Shown here piece after piece: positions 15,459 to 16,274 of a stretch of 16,274 nucleotides of DNA. Both the position numbers and the translations under genes were made by a program. The DNA is from Halodesulfurarchaeum sp. GTDB taxonomy: Archaea > Halobacteriota > Halobacteria > Halobacteriales > Halobacteriaceae. Numbering within the stretch: position 1 is the first letter of the stretch; each line of letters starts with the position of its first letter. The notes under the pieces are model-generated. The model was not told the DNA's origin and made no database searches. It saw only the letters and a program-made list of their open reading frames with translations. The stretch lies in assembly GCA_042216015.1 (NCBI GenBank), contig JBDGUI010000047.1, positions 1-16,274 of the forward strand. The letters run 5' to 3'.

Positions 15459-16274
15459 CTACGTCGACACGCCGGCCTCCTCGAAGGTGGCCATCTCCCG
15501 GAGGGTGGCACACGCCCCCCGGTAGACCCCGATGGCGAGTGCGGCGCCGGTGCCCTCGCCCAGGCGCATCTCGAGGTCGAAGAGCGGGTCGAGGCCGAGT
15601 TCGTCGTACTGGACCTCATGGCCCGACTCGACGGAATCGTGGGAGGGGAGGAGGTAGTCGGTCACGCGCTCGTCGATCCCGGCGGCCACGAGCGCCGCGG
15701 ACCCGGTGATGAACCCGTCGACGACGACGGGAACCCGGCGGCTCGCGGCCTCGAGGGCGACCCCCGCGAGCGCGCCGATCTCGAAGCCGCCGACCGACCG
15801 GAGGACGTCGAGGCCGTCCTCGGGGTCCGGGGCGTCGGCCGCGAGGGCCCGCTCGACCACCTCGATCTTGTGCTCGTAGGCCGCATCGTCGATGCCGGTG
15901 CCCCGTCCGGTCACCGCCGCCGGGTCCTCGCCCGTGATCGCGGCCGTGATCGCCGCGCTCGGGGTGGTGTTCCCGATGCCCATATCCCCCAGGCCGACGA
16001 CGTCGGCCTCCGGGGCCTGCTCGCGGAGGGCGGTTCGCCCGGCTTCGATCGCTTCCCGGGCCTGTGCCTCGGTCATGGCCGGTCCCTCGGCGATGTTGTC
16101 GGTGCCGGGGGCGACCCGGTCCACCACGACCCTGTCCCTGCCCGGGTACTCCGTTCGGGCGACACCCGCGTCGACGATGAGGTTCGCCGCGCCGACGGTG
16201 TCCGCGAGGGCGTTCACGGCGCTGCCGCCGTGGGCGAAGTTCGCGACCATCTGGGCGGTGACCTCCTGGGGGAA
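15459..16274 (-). CDS. cobT: Nicotinate-nucleotide:dimethylbenzimidazole phosphoribosyltransferase (bacterial-type CobT); 5' end lies outside the window
   Basis: PQEVTAQMVANF..GG.AVN, GDMGIGNTT, VTGRGTG, VGGFEIGALAG, VVDGFI, SHDSVESGH, LEMRLGEGTGA and MATFEEAGVS. The frame is open to the window edge. Confidence 0.96.
   Translation of the reverse strand, partial: FPQEVTAQMVANFAHGGSAVNALADTVGAANLIVDAGVARTEYPGRDRVVVDRVAPGTDNIAEGPAMTEAQAREAIEAGRTALREQAPEADVVGLGDMGIGNTTPSAAITAAITGEDPAAVTGRGTGIDDAAYEHKIEVVERALAADAPDPEDGLDVLRSVGGFEIGALAGVALEAASRRVPVVVDGFITGSAALVAAGIDERVTDYLLPSHDSVESGHEVQYDELGLDPLFDLEMRLGEGTGAALAIGVYRGACATLREMATFEEAGVST

Overview
High-GC haloarchaeal (Halobacteria-type) chromosomal segment, judged from acidic proteins, aIF-1A, TFS and TATA-like boxes about 25-35 nt ahead of start codons. 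The first ~1.2 kb looks lower in GC and is a decayed accessory patch. It holds the 3' end and terminal repeat of an IS5-family element and two broken toxin-antitoxin loci: a DUF433/DUF5615 deletion-fusion, and an antitoxin with a nonsense codon followed by a PIN-toxin stub. The rest is mostly housekeeping: a CNNM/CorC transporter, a SAM methyltransferase, Helicobacter-type malate:quinone oxidoreductase, a MATE pump, a PPOX-like protein, aIF-1A, a HAD hydrolase, TFS, two Zn-ribbon proteins, a KaiC/RAD55-like ATPase with a degenerate Walker A, a GYD protein, a wHTH repressor-like protein and the 3' part of cobT. Three further genes are frameshifted: an FAH-family hydrolase, a DCC1-like oxidoreductase and a DAO-family oxidoreductase. 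Unexplained structure includes a cryptic 21-bp tandem repeat, two short upstream ORFs coupled to downstream genes, an operator-like repeat, and a ~950-bp hairpin-rich gap between convergent genes that may carry a relic IS end. No CRISPR array, tRNA or rRNA was seen. I cannot claim a clearly new system. The best candidates are the KaiC-like/Zn-ribbon/TFS cluster with its leader ORF and the 14.5-15.5 kb gap. All family assignments come from motif recognition, not database searches.
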